Part shown: positions 17,632 to 26,665 of the stretch, one piece after another
How the letters are laid out: every line of letters begins with the position of its first letter
Position numbering within the stretch: the stretch's first letter is position 1
Origin: Terrimicrobiaceae bacterium
GTDB lineage: Bacteria; Verrucomicrobiota; Verrucomicrobiia; Chthoniobacterales; Terrimicrobiaceae
NCBI GenBank assembly: GCA_035719865.1
Contig: DASTFP010000043.1
Location: 1-30,752, forward strand
DNA length: 30,752 nucleotides
Direction of reading: 5' to 3'
Translations under genes and position numbers: made by a program
The notes under the pieces: generated by a model
Seen by the model: only the letters and a program-made list of their open reading frames with translations
Database searches by the model: none
Told to the model about the DNA's origin: nothing

Positions 17632-20531
17632 GCACGACCGCACAAATGACGGACAGCGGAGCAGTGATGGACCTGCTGCGCCGGGTCCCCCTCTTCGCCA
17701 ACCTCCAGGAGGAAGATAAGGTTTGCATCGAGGAGACGGAAGAACGGCAGCTTGCCCCTGGCGAAATGCTCTTTCGGGAAGGGGAGCAGGCGAAGCAGTT
17801 TTTTGTTCTCCTTGAAGGTGAAATCAGCGTCTCGAAGAAGGACGACGTTGTCGCTCGCAACCGACCCGGTGCGTTTTTCGGCGAGATCCCGCTGTTGCTT
17901 GGCACGCCTTACATGTTGTCCGCGCGCGCCGAGTGCGACTGCCGGCTGATCGTCTTTCCGGAGGAGGCGTTCTGGAAACTGTTGCGGCTCTGTCCGGCGA
18001 TTTCGGCTGAGATTTTCCGCGCGATGGTGACACGTCTTCGCAACATCGAGGGCTCAGCGCGACAGCAGGAAAAGCTGGAGGCTCTCGGCACAATGTCCGC
18101 CGGCCTCGCCCACGAGTTGAACAATCCTTCGGCCGCCGCCCAGCGCATCGCCGTGCATCTTGGAGAAGTGATTCAGACGATCCAGTCGGTCGCCCATCGG
18201 TTGCATCACATGCTTGAGCACGACCACTGGGATCGGCTGATCGCGCTCATGGACGGAGTTTTGGAGGATTTTTCGGCTGGAAAGCACCATCACTCCATTG
18301 AGCAGAGCGATTCGGAGGATGCGCTCTCGGCCTGGCTGCGAGAAGCGGGACTGACCGATGCCTGGAAAATTGCCCCCGTGCTCGTCGGCGCAGGATTGAG
18401 CATGAATGAGCTCATTTCGCTGCGTGGAGATTTGCCAAAGAATGCTTTCGGCGACGCGGTGCGGTGGATCGCTTTGCGAATAACGATCCAAACACTGCTC
18501 GATGACGCTGAGCAATGCACCGGGCGGATTGCCGGTCTGGTGGATGCGGTGCGTTCCAGCGCGAGACAAGAGCGCGCGGAGACCGCGGATATCGACGTGC
18601 ATCAGCAAATCAGGAGCGCCCTGGGCGTTCTCGAGCGCAAGCTCAGGAACCTTCACGTCACGCAGAATTTTTCGAGGGAATGCGGTCAAGTACGAGGCTA
18701 TCCGAGCGAACTCGCGCAAGTGTGGGTCAACCTGCTCGATAACGCCGCGGATGCGGTAAATGGCGGCGGAGAAATCTCTATTCGAACCCGGCGCGACGAC
18801 AATCAGACCGTCGTGGAGATCATCGACAATGGCCCCGGCGTCCCACCGCAAAATCTGACGCACATCTTTGAGCCGTTCTTCACTACGAAGGGTGTCGGTT
18901 CGGGAAAAGGTCTCGGTCTGACGATAAGCCAGGGCATCGTGGGAGACCGCCACGGCGGGGAGATCGAGGTCGAATCGAAAGCAGGTGAAACCCGATTCAT
19001 CGTGCGATTGCCCGTGCGGCCGATTGAAAGAAACGACGGCCCCGAGGCAATCGCCGCAAGTCGGGCGTATATGGCCGAACTGGCGGAGCAACTCGAAGAA
19101 AGAGAATCTCGTCCCCCGCCGGCAACGCCCCCCGTTTCCGATGGAGCCTTCGCGACGGTTTTCGATGTCCCGCTCTTCGCCCAACTCGACGACTCGCAGC
19201 GTGCCTGCTTTTCGACGGGAACGGAGATACGTCTCAAAGCTGGGGAGACTCTCCTGCACGACGGCGATCCGGCGGACGCTTTCTACGTGATGCTGGAAGG
19301 CGAGCTGCGGGCGACAAAAGATTTTGGTGGCCAGGAAATTTTCCTTGGGGAGGTGGTTCCCGGGGAGTTCTTCGGCGAGATCGAGATCTTGCTCGAGATC
19401 CCGAATTGGGTGCTGATTCGGGTGGTCGCCGACAGCCGGCTCTTTCGGCAGCCACGCGCGGGGTTATGGGACCTGCTGCGCAACTCGCCCCAGGTGGCCA
19501 GGGAAATCATGCGAACGCTGGCAACGCGGATGCGGAATTTGGAGGGCTACAGGCAGGAGCGCGAGAAGCTCATCCAACTTGGCGCGATGGCCGCCGGACT
19601 GGCGCACGAACTCAACAATCCCGCGACGGCCGCGCGCCGCGCCGCCGCCGACCTGCGCCAGAGCGTGGAGAAGGTTCAGGACTTCGCCTGCGAGCTTAAT
19701 GAATCCCTCAGCGTCGAGCAATGGCAGCAACTGGTTGCGACCTTCCAGCAGGCTGCCCATTGCGCCGCATCCCAGCCGAAACTGAATCCCCTCGAGCAAA
19801 GTGACCGCGAAGAAGCGACCGAATGCTGGCTCGACTCGCAGAATATCGCGGACGCTTGGGAGCTCGCGCCCGCACTAGTCAACGCCCGCGTGGATCAGGA
19901 AGAGTTGGAAACTTTGCAGCGGACCGTGCCGCCACAAGACCTTGAAAACGCGATCCACTGGCTCGCGGCGAACGTCACCACGCGCGACTTGCTCAAGTCG
20001 ATCACCCACAGCACCGAGCGCATCTCGGAGTTGGTGCGTGCGGTGAAGTCGTATTCGTTCATGGACCAGGCGCCGTGGCAGGAGATCGACGTGCACGAGG
20101 GTATTGAGAACACGCTGATCATCCTCAGCCACAAGCTCAGGAACGTCACGGTCACCCGCGACTTTGATCGCACGCTTCCGCGCCTCTGCGCTTACGGCGG
20201 CGAGCTCAACCAGGTGTGGACGAACCTCATCGACAACGCCATTTACGCCGTCGGTGGAACGGGTCGCATCGATATCCGCACGCGCCGCGACGGCGAGTTC
20301 TTCCTCGTGGAGATCGCCGATAATGGGGGCGGCATCCCGCCTGAGGCACAGCCGCATATCTTCTTTGTGCCGTTCTTCACCACCAAGGGCGGCTCAGGGA
20401 CCGGGCTTGGCTTGGTAATCAGCCACCGGATCATTACCGAACGGCATCACGGAAAGATCGACTACGGCACAGGTCCCAATGGCACACAATTCAACGTGCG
20501 TTTGCCATTCGAGTCGTCCGAGAACCTCTAG
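17628..20531 (+). CDS. Soluble double histidine kinase 1: (cNMP-HisKA-HATPase) x2
   Basis: Two H-boxes ([18 protein letters not shown]), two N/G1/F/G2 box sets, two cNMP-like domains, no TM segment. TTG start overlaps the upstream TGA; alternative ATG starts at 17646 and 17667. Confidence 0.93.
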   Translation: MSTTAQMTDSGAVMDLLRRVPLFANLQEEDKVCIEETEERQLAPGEMLFREGEQAKQFFVLLEGEISVSKKDDVVARNRPGAFFGEIPLLLGTPYMLSARAECDCRLIVFPEEAFWKLLRLCPAISAEIFRAMVTRLRNIEGSARQQEKLEALGTMSAGLAHELNNPSAAAQRIAVHLGEVIQTIQSVAHRLHHMLEHDHWDRLIALMDGVLEDFSAGKHHHSIEQSDSEDALSAWLREAGLTDAWKIAPVLVGAGLSMNELISLRGDLPKNAFGDAVRWIALRITIQTLLDDAEQCTGRIAGLVDAVRSSARQERAETADIDVHQQIRSALGVLERKLRNLHVTQNFSRECGQVRGYPSELAQVWVNLLDNAADAVNGGGEISIRTRRDDNQTVVEIIDNGPGVPPQNLTHIFEPFFTTKGVGSGKGLGLTISQGIVGDRHGGEIEVESKAGETRFIVRLPVRPIERNDGPEAIAASRAYMAELAEQLEERESRPPPATPPVSDGAFATVFDVPLFAQLDDSQRACFSTGTEIRLKAGETLLHDGDPADAFYVMLEGELRATKDFGGQEIFLGEVVPGEFFGEIEILLEIPNWVLIRVVADSRLFRQPRAGLWDLLRNSPQVAREIMRTLATRMRNLEGYRQEREKLIQLGAMAAGLAHELNNPATAARRAAADLRQSVEKVQDFACELNESLSVEQWQQLVATFQQAAHCAASQPKLNPLEQSDREEATECWLDSQNIADAWELAPALVNARVDQEELETLQRTVPPQDLENAIHWLAANVTTRDLLKSITHSTERISELVRAVKSYSFMDQAPWQEIDVHEGIENTLIILSHKLRNVTVTRDFDRTLPRLCAYGGELNQVWTNLIDNAIYAVGGTGRIDIRTRRDGEFFLVEIADNGGGIPPEAQPHIFFVPFFTTKGGSGTGLGLVISHRIITERHHGKIDYGTGPNGTQFNVRLPFESSENL

Positions 20532-20537
20532 GCATTT

Positions 20538-20684
20538 GTGAAGGTGAACGCTTGGAGGACCCGCGGGCCACATCGGCTATGGACCGCCCCGGAGGACCTT
20601 GGCAAGGAAGACAGCCCGTGCGACGGGCTCGATAGTTCGGGGGTGGCCATCAAAATTGTGCGGCAATATTTGGATCCGTTTTGA
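20538..20684 (+). other. Intergenic open frame ending in a relic copy of the reductase 3' end ([12 protein letters not shown])
   Basis: 20649-20684 aligns without gaps to 17596-17631 (IELVHQYLDRF*). The frame is open from the kinase 1 TAG to the TGA that overlaps the kinase 2 TTG; GTG codons at 20538 and 20544. Confidence 0.7.
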
Positions 20685-23650
20685 GCACGATAACACAGAT
20701 CAGGGACTGCGAGGAGCTGATGATCCAGCTCCGCGGGGTTCCCCTCTTTGCAAACGTCGAAGACGAAGAGAGCGTTTGCATCGAGCAGGCGGAAGAATGG
20801 CGACTGCCCGCGGGCGAGGTGTTCGTCGGGGAAAGAGACCCCTTGGAGAAGTTTTTTTTACTCCTCGAAGGCGAAGTCAGCCTCACGAAGAAATATGGCG
20901 ATCAGCAGATCGTCGTCTCGCGCTACAGACCCGGCACATTCTTCGGCGAAGTGCCGCTGCTCCTTGGCGTGCCTTCCATTCTGACCGCGCGCGCGGAGTC
21001 CGACTGCCGGCTGATCGTGTTTCCGGAGGCCGGGTTCTGGCGACTGCTGCGGCTCTGCCCGGCGATTGCGGGTGAAATCTTTCGCACGATGGCGGCGCGG
21101 CTTCGCAATCTCGAAGGCTCCAAACGACAGCAGGAAAAGCTCGCGGCGCTCGGAACGATGTCCGCCGGTCTCGCCCATGAATTGAACAATCCCTCCTCCG
21201 CCGCCCGGCGCATTGCGGTGCTTCTCGGAGAGGTGATTCAGAAAATTCAATCCGTCGCCCATCAGTTGCATCAAACGCTTGGGCCAGACCACTGGGATCG
21301 GTTGATTGCGTTTGCGGATGATGCTTTGGAAGTCTTGTCCGCGAGCCGGCGCGACCACTCGATCGAGCAAAGCGACTCGGAAGACGTGCTCAGCATCTGG
21401 TTGCGAGAAAGTGGCGTGGCTGAAACATGGAAAATCGCTCCGGTGCTCGTGAGCGCGGGATTGGAGAAGAGGACGCTGGCCTCATTGCATGCCGACCTCC
21501 CGCCGAGCGCCTTCGCCGATGCGATCCGATGGATCGCCCTGCGGCTGACGATCCGCACATTGCTCGATGACGCAGAACAATGCACCGGGCGCATCGCGAG
21601 TTTGGTTGATGCCGTGCGTTCCAGCGCGCGGCAGGAGCGCGCAGAAGCCGCGGATATCGACGTTCATGAGCAAGTCAAGAGCGCCCTCTCGGCTCTTGAT
21701 CATAAGCTCCAGAACGTTCATGTGACCCAGCACTTTGCCGCCGACAGCGGTCGCGTGCGCGGGTATCCGAGCGAACTCGCGCAAGTCTGGGTGAATCTGC
21801 TCGACAACGCCGCGGATGCGGTCAACGGCGGTGGCGAGCTTTCCATCCAAACGCGGCGCGAGGACAATCAAACGGTCGTGGAAATCACGGACAACGGCCC
21901 CGGTATTCCACCCGAGAATCTCTCCCACATCTTCGAACCGTTCTTCACGACCAAGGGAGTCGGTTCGGGAAAAGGTCTCGGCCTGACCATCAGCCAGGGG
22001 ATTGTGGGAGACCGGCACGGTGGTGAGATCGAGGTCGAGTCGAAAGTGGGCGAAACGCGATTCATCGTGCGACTGCCAGAGCGGCGCGTCGAGAGAAACG
22101 AATCATCCGAAGCAATCGTCGCGAGTCGCGCCGTCATGGCGGAACTGACAGAAGGTTTCGAAGAAAGCCAGCCTCCGTCGTCTCAGGAGTCCTCGATCCG
22201 ATTGAGGCGTTCGGACATGGGCGGGATGGCTGCTATTGCAGATGGATCCGCAGTTTCGGACAGAGCGTTCGCCACGATTTTTGACATCCCGCTTTTCGCG
22301 CAACTCGACGACTCCCAGCGTGCGTGCTTTTCGACCGGAACGGAGATCCGTCTCACGCCCGGGGAGACGCTCATTCGCGGCGGCGATCCGGCCGACGCTT
22401 TCTACATCATGCTGGAAGGCGAGTTGCGGGTGACAAAATTCTACGGCAACCAGGAGATCTTCCTGGCGGAAGCGATGCCTGGGGACTTTTTTGGCGAGAT
22501 TGATATCCTGCTCGAAGTCCCGCATTCCGCGCTTATTCGGGCCGTCGCCGACAGCCGACTTTTTCGTTTGCCGCACACGGAGTTTTGGGATCTGCTCCGC
22601 TGCTCGTCTTCCGTGGCAATAAAAGTTATGCGCACACTCGCGACGCGAGTTCGCAACGTGGAAAGTTACTCGCAGGAACGCGAAAAGCTCGCGCAACTTG
22701 GTGCGATGGCGGCCGGACTGGCCCATGAACTCAACAATCCGGCGACGGCTGCGCGCCACGCCGCCGCCGACCTGCGCCAGAGCGTGGAGAAGGTTCAGGA
22801 CCACGCCTGCGAGCTTAGTGAAACGCTTAGCGCCGAGCAGTGGCAGCAACTGGTGGCGGCCTTCCAGCAGGCCGCACATTGCGCCGCATCCCAGCCGAAA
22901 CTGAATCCCCTCGAACAAAACGACCGCGAGGAGACGATCGAATGCTGGCTCGATTCGCAGAATATCTCGGACGCCTGGGAACTCGCGCCCGCACTAGTGA
23001 ATGCCCGCATTGATCAGGAAGAGCTGGAAGCCTTGAAGCGGAGCGTGCCGGCGCAAAGTCTTGAGAGCGCGATACATTGGCTCGCCGCAAACGTCACCAC
23101 GCGGGACTTGCTCAAATCGATCACCCATAGCACCGAGCGCATCTCGGAGTTGGTGCGTGCGGTGAAGTCGTATTCGTTCATGGACCAGGCGCCGTGGCAG
23201 GAAATCGACGTGCATGAGGGCATCGAAGACACGCTGATCATCCTTGGCCACAAGCTCAGGAACGTCACCGTAATGCGGGACTTTGATCGCACGCTGCCGC
23301 GCCTCTGCGCCTACGGCGGCGAGCTCAACCAGGTCTGGACGAACCTCATCGACAATGCCATTTACGCCGTCGGCGGAACGGGTCGCATCGATATCCGCAC
23401 ACGCCGTGACGGCGAGTTTTTTCTCGTGGAGATCGCCGACAATGGCGGCGGCATCCCGCCTGAGGCCCAGCCGCATATCTTTGCGGTGCCGTTCTTCACC
23501 ACCAAGGGCCGCTCCGGCACGGGACTCGGCCTGGTGATCAGCCACCGGATCGTTGTCGAACGGCATCACGGAAAAATCAACTTCAGCACGGGTCCGAACG
23601 GCACACAATTTAACGTGCGCCTGCCGTTTGAATCGCCCACCCACGCTTAG
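20681..23650 (+). CDS. Soluble double histidine kinase 2: (cNMP-HisKA-HATPase) x2
   Basis: Same architecture and motifs as kinase 1, with a longer inter-module linker. TTG start; alternative ATG at 20720. Confidence 0.93.
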   Translation: MSTITQIRDCEELMIQLRGVPLFANVEDEESVCIEQAEEWRLPAGEVFVGERDPLEKFFLLLEGEVSLTKKYGDQQIVVSRYRPGTFFGEVPLLLGVPSILTARAESDCRLIVFPEAGFWRLLRLCPAIAGEIFRTMAARLRNLEGSKRQQEKLAALGTMSAGLAHELNNPSSAARRIAVLLGEVIQKIQSVAHQLHQTLGPDHWDRLIAFADDALEVLSASRRDHSIEQSDSEDVLSIWLRESGVAETWKIAPVLVSAGLEKRTLASLHADLPPSAFADAIRWIALRLTIRTLLDDAEQCTGRIASLVDAVRSSARQERAEAADIDVHEQVKSALSALDHKLQNVHVTQHFAADSGRVRGYPSELAQVWVNLLDNAADAVNGGGELSIQTRREDNQTVVEITDNGPGIPPENLSHIFEPFFTTKGVGSGKGLGLTISQGIVGDRHGGEIEVESKVGETRFIVRLPERRVERNESSEAIVASRAVMAELTEGFEESQPPSSQESSIRLRRSDMGGMAAIADGSAVSDRAFATIFDIPLFAQLDDSQRACFSTGTEIRLTPGETLIRGGDPADAFYIMLEGELRVTKFYGNQEIFLAEAMPGDFFGEIDILLEVPHSALIRAVADSRLFRLPHTEFWDLLRCSSSVAIKVMRTLATRVRNVESYSQEREKLAQLGAMAAGLAHELNNPATAARHAAADLRQSVEKVQDHACELSETLSAEQWQQLVAAFQQAAHCAASQPKLNPLEQNDREETIECWLDSQNISDAWELAPALVNARIDQEELEALKRSVPAQSLESAIHWLAANVTTRDLLKSITHSTERISELVRAVKSYSFMDQAPWQEIDVHEGIEDTLIILGHKLRNVTVMRDFDRTLPRLCAYGGELNQVWTNLIDNAIYAVGGTGRIDIRTRRDGEFFLVEIADNGGGIPPEAQPHIFAVPFFTTKGRSGTGLGLVISHRIVVERHHGKINFSTGPNGTQFNVRLPFESPTHA

Positions 23651-23676
23651 CCCTCTGTCCGGGGGAGGAAGAAAAT

Positions 23677-23751
23677 TTGAAGAATCCGCGAGCCACACCA
23701 GGAAGGGACCTCTCCATCGAACTTGTGCACGAAGGTTTGAATCGACCTTGA
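23677..23751 (+). other. Mini-ORF (MKNPRATPGRDLSIELVHEGLNRP*) ending in a relic copy of the reductase 3' end
   Basis: GGAGG at 23664-23668, 8 nt before TTG 23677. ATCGAACTTGTGCA at 23716 is identical to 17596-17609. TGA 23749-23751 overlaps the kinase 3 TTG. Confidence 0.7.
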
Positions 23752-26663
23752 CTACCATCGCACAAATGACGGACTGCGAGGCGCTGATGGCGCAGCTCCG
23801 CAGGGTCCCCCTGTTCGCCAAACTCAGGGACGAAGATACGGTTTGTTTTGAAGAGGCGGAAGAATGGCGGCTGCCCAAAGGCGAGTCGCTCGTTAACGCA
23901 GGCGAACCGGCGAAGCATTTCTTTGTGCTCCTTGAAGGTGAAGTCAGTGTCTTCAAAAAGCACGGCGATCAGGAGATTGTTGTCGCGCGCTACAGGCCCG
24001 GTGCATTTTTCGGCGAGGTTCCGCTGCTGCTCGGTGTCCCCTACATTTTGACCGGGCGCGCGGAATCCGACTCGCGGCTCATCGTTTTCGGGCAGGAGGG
24101 GTTTTGGCGCCTGCTGCGGCTTTGTCCGGCGATTTCCAGTGAGATTTTTCGCGCAATGGCGGCACGTCTCCGCAACCTTGAAGGCACCAGGCAACAGAAG
24201 GAGAAGCTGGCTGCCCTCGGAACAATGTCCGCGGGTCTTGCGCATGAGTTAAACAATCCTTCCGCCGCGGCCCAACGCATCGCGGTGCTTCTCGGAGAGG
24301 TGATTCAAACGATCCAATCGATCGCCCACCGGCTGCATCACGCGCTTGAGCCGGATCACTGGGATCGCTTGATCACGGTGGCGGACGATGCTTTGGAGAA
24401 GGTTTCCCCCGGCCAACAGAACCACGCGATCGAGCAAAGCGACTCGGAGGACACACTGGGTGCCTGGCTGCGAGAAAGTGGAGTGACCGACGCCTGGAGA
24501 ATCGCTCCCGCGCTGGTCAGCGCGGGACTGGAGGTGCGCACGCTGGTTTCCCTGCGCGAAAACCTCCCATCGAATGCTTTTGGCGACGCTGTGCGATGGA
24601 TCGCTTTGCGCCTGACAATCCGCACATTGCTGGACGACGCGGAGCAGTGCACCGGCCGAATTGCGAGCCTGGTCGACGCCGTGCGTTCCAGCGCGCGACA
24701 GGAGCGCGCGGAGGCGGCAGATATCGACGTGCACGAGCAAATCCGAGGCGCCCTTGGCGTGCTCAACCACAAGCTCAAGAACGCTCGCGTTTCGCAGAAT
24801 TTTTCGGCCGACTGCGGCTACGTGCGCGGCTATCCGAGCGAGCTCGCGCAGGTCTGGGTCAACCTGCTCGATAACGCGGCGGATGCGATAAATGGCAGCG
24901 GTGAAATTTCCGTCCGGACCCGACGCGACGACAACCAGACGGTCGTGGAGATCGTCGATAACGGACCGGGCATCCCAGAAGAGAATTTCTCGCACATTTT
25001 CGAGCCTTTCTTCACTACCAAGAGCGTCGGTTCGGGAAGGGGCCTCGGCCTGACGATCAGCCAGGGCATCGTGGGAGACCGGCACGGCGGAGAAATCGAA
25101 TTCGAATCGAAAGCGGGCAAGACGCGCTTCATCGTGCGACTGCCGGTGCGACGGGTCGAGAGAAACGAGGCGGCCGAGGCAATCGTCGCAGGTCGCACGG
25201 TCATGGCCGAGCTCAGTGAGCGGATCGAGGAGATGGAGGCTCCTCCACCGCCTCAGAGGCCCGCCGTTTCTGACGGAGCGTTGCCAACAGTTCTTGACGT
25301 CCCGCTTTTCGCTCAACTCGACGACGCCCAGCGCCAGTGCCTCTCCACGGGAGTTGAGGTTCGCGTTATGACCGGCGAAACGGTCATTGCCGAGGGTGTT
25401 CGATCGGACTTTTTCCACGTGATGCTGGAAGGCGAGTTGCGCGTGACGAAGTTCTTCGGCGAACAGGAAATTTTCCTGGGAACGCTGGTTCCCGAGGAAT
25501 TCTTCGGCGAGGTTCAGATCCTCCTGGACATCCCGCCTTATGTGCTCATTCGGGCGGTCGCCGACAGCCGGCTTTTTCGCCTGCCGCGCACCGGATTTTG
25601 GGAGCTCCTGCGTTGCTCGCCATCCGTGGCGAGGGAAATCATGCGGACGCTCGCAACCCGATTGAGCAATATGGAGGGCTACACACAGGAGCGTGAAAAG
25701 CTTGTCCAACTCGGCGCGATGGCCGCGGGGCTTGCGCATGAGCTCAACAATCCCGCGACAGCCGCGCATCGGGCCGCCGGCGATCTGCGCCAGAGTGTCG
25801 AGAGGGTTCAGGACTACGCATGCGAGCTCAACCAAACTCTCGGCGCGGAGCAGTGGCAACAGTTGGTTGCAACGTTCAAGGAGGCCGTGCGTCGTGCCGA
25901 GACTCAGCCGAAGCTCAATCCACTGGAGCAAAGCGACCGCGAGGAAGCGATCGAATGCTGGCTCGACTCGCACAGCTTTGCGGACCCGTGGGACCTGGCG
26001 CCCGCGTTGGTCAGCGCCCGCATCGATCAGGACGTTCTCGAAGCGCTCAAGCGGATTGTGCCCGCGCAAGATCTGGAGAACGCAATACATTGGCTCGCGG
26101 CGAACCTCACCACCCTCGATTCGCTCAAATCGATTTCGCACAGCACCGATCGGATCTCGGAATTGGTGCGCGCGGTGAAGTCCTATTCGTTCATGGACCA
26201 GGCGCCATGGCAGGAAATCGACGTGCACGAGGGCCTCGAGAACACGCTGATCATCCTCGGCCACAAACTGAGGAACGTCACCGTAACCCGCAACTTTGAT
26301 CGCACGCTGCCGCGCCTCTGCGCCTACGGCGGCGAGCTCAATCAGGTGTGGACGAATCTCATCGACAACGCCATTTACGCCGTCGGCGGGACGGGTCGCA
26401 TCGACATCCACACCCGCCGCGACAGCGAATTTTTTCGGGTTACGATCGCCGATAATGGCGGAGGCATCCCGCCTGAAGCCCAGCCACATATCTTTGCGGT
26501 GCCCTTCTTCACGACCAAGGGCCGCTCCGGCACAGGACTTGGGCTGGTGATCAGCCACCGGATCGTAGTCGAACGGCATCACGGAAAAATCGACTTCAGC
26601 ACCGGTCCCGCTGGGACACAATTTACCGTGCGCCTGCCTTTTGACGCCCCTGGAGAGCGATAG
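23748..26663 (+). CDS. Soluble double histidine kinase 3: (cNMP-HisKA-HATPase) x2
   Basis: Same architecture. Start set at TTG 23748 by alignment with kinases 1 and 2; the ORF-track start at 23553 overlaps kinase 2. Confidence 0.93.
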   Translation: MTTIAQMTDCEALMAQLRRVPLFAKLRDEDTVCFEEAEEWRLPKGESLVNAGEPAKHFFVLLEGEVSVFKKHGDQEIVVARYRPGAFFGEVPLLLGVPYILTGRAESDSRLIVFGQEGFWRLLRLCPAISSEIFRAMAARLRNLEGTRQQKEKLAALGTMSAGLAHELNNPSAAAQRIAVLLGEVIQTIQSIAHRLHHALEPDHWDRLITVADDALEKVSPGQQNHAIEQSDSEDTLGAWLRESGVTDAWRIAPALVSAGLEVRTLVSLRENLPSNAFGDAVRWIALRLTIRTLLDDAEQCTGRIASLVDAVRSSARQERAEAADIDVHEQIRGALGVLNHKLKNARVSQNFSADCGYVRGYPSELAQVWVNLLDNAADAINGSGEISVRTRRDDNQTVVEIVDNGPGIPEENFSHIFEPFFTTKSVGSGRGLGLTISQGIVGDRHGGEIEFESKAGKTRFIVRLPVRRVERNEAAEAIVAGRTVMAELSERIEEMEAPPPPQRPAVSDGALPTVLDVPLFAQLDDAQRQCLSTGVEVRVMTGETVIAEGVRSDFFHVMLEGELRVTKFFGEQEIFLGTLVPEEFFGEVQILLDIPPYVLIRAVADSRLFRLPRTGFWELLRCSPSVAREIMRTLATRLSNMEGYTQEREKLVQLGAMAAGLAHELNNPATAAHRAAGDLRQSVERVQDYACELNQTLGAEQWQQLVATFKEAVRRAETQPKLNPLEQSDREEAIECWLDSHSFADPWDLAPALVSARIDQDVLEALKRIVPAQDLENAIHWLAANLTTLDSLKSISHSTDRISELVRAVKSYSFMDQAPWQEIDVHEGLENTLIILGHKLRNVTVTRNFDRTLPRLCAYGGELNQVWTNLIDNAIYAVGGTGRIDIHTRRDSEFFRVTIADNGGGIPPEAQPHIFAVPFFTTKGRSGTGLGLVISHRIVVERHHGKIDFSTGPAGTQFTVRLPFDAPGER

Positions 26664-26665
26664 CC

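Noticed and set aside
23553-23747. 65-aa N-terminal extension of kinase 3 from the ORF track
   Set aside because: It overlaps the end of kinase 2 and has no counterpart in kinases 1 and 2. Alignment places the start at 23748 or later.
24249-26621. 790-aa minus-strand ORF, and similar long antisense ORFs at 16336-17547, 18054-19259, 22103-22918, 22994-23956 and 10070-11125
   Set aside because: They lie wholly antisense to well-supported genes, have no recognisable motifs, and recur with the paralogous kinases. This is the expected shadow of GC-rich codon usage.
17628-26663. Diversity-generating retroelement or CRISPR-like explanation for the repeated, variable units
   Set aside because: No reverse transcriptase or cas gene, no short TR/VR pair, and the differences are not confined to adenines. 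The repeats are whole genes of about 3 kb.
17628-26663. Simple assembly duplication of one kinase gene
   Set aside because: The copies differ by many substitutions and in-frame indels, all stay open, and the two spacers are distinct. Chimerism between strain variants cannot be fully excluded without reads.
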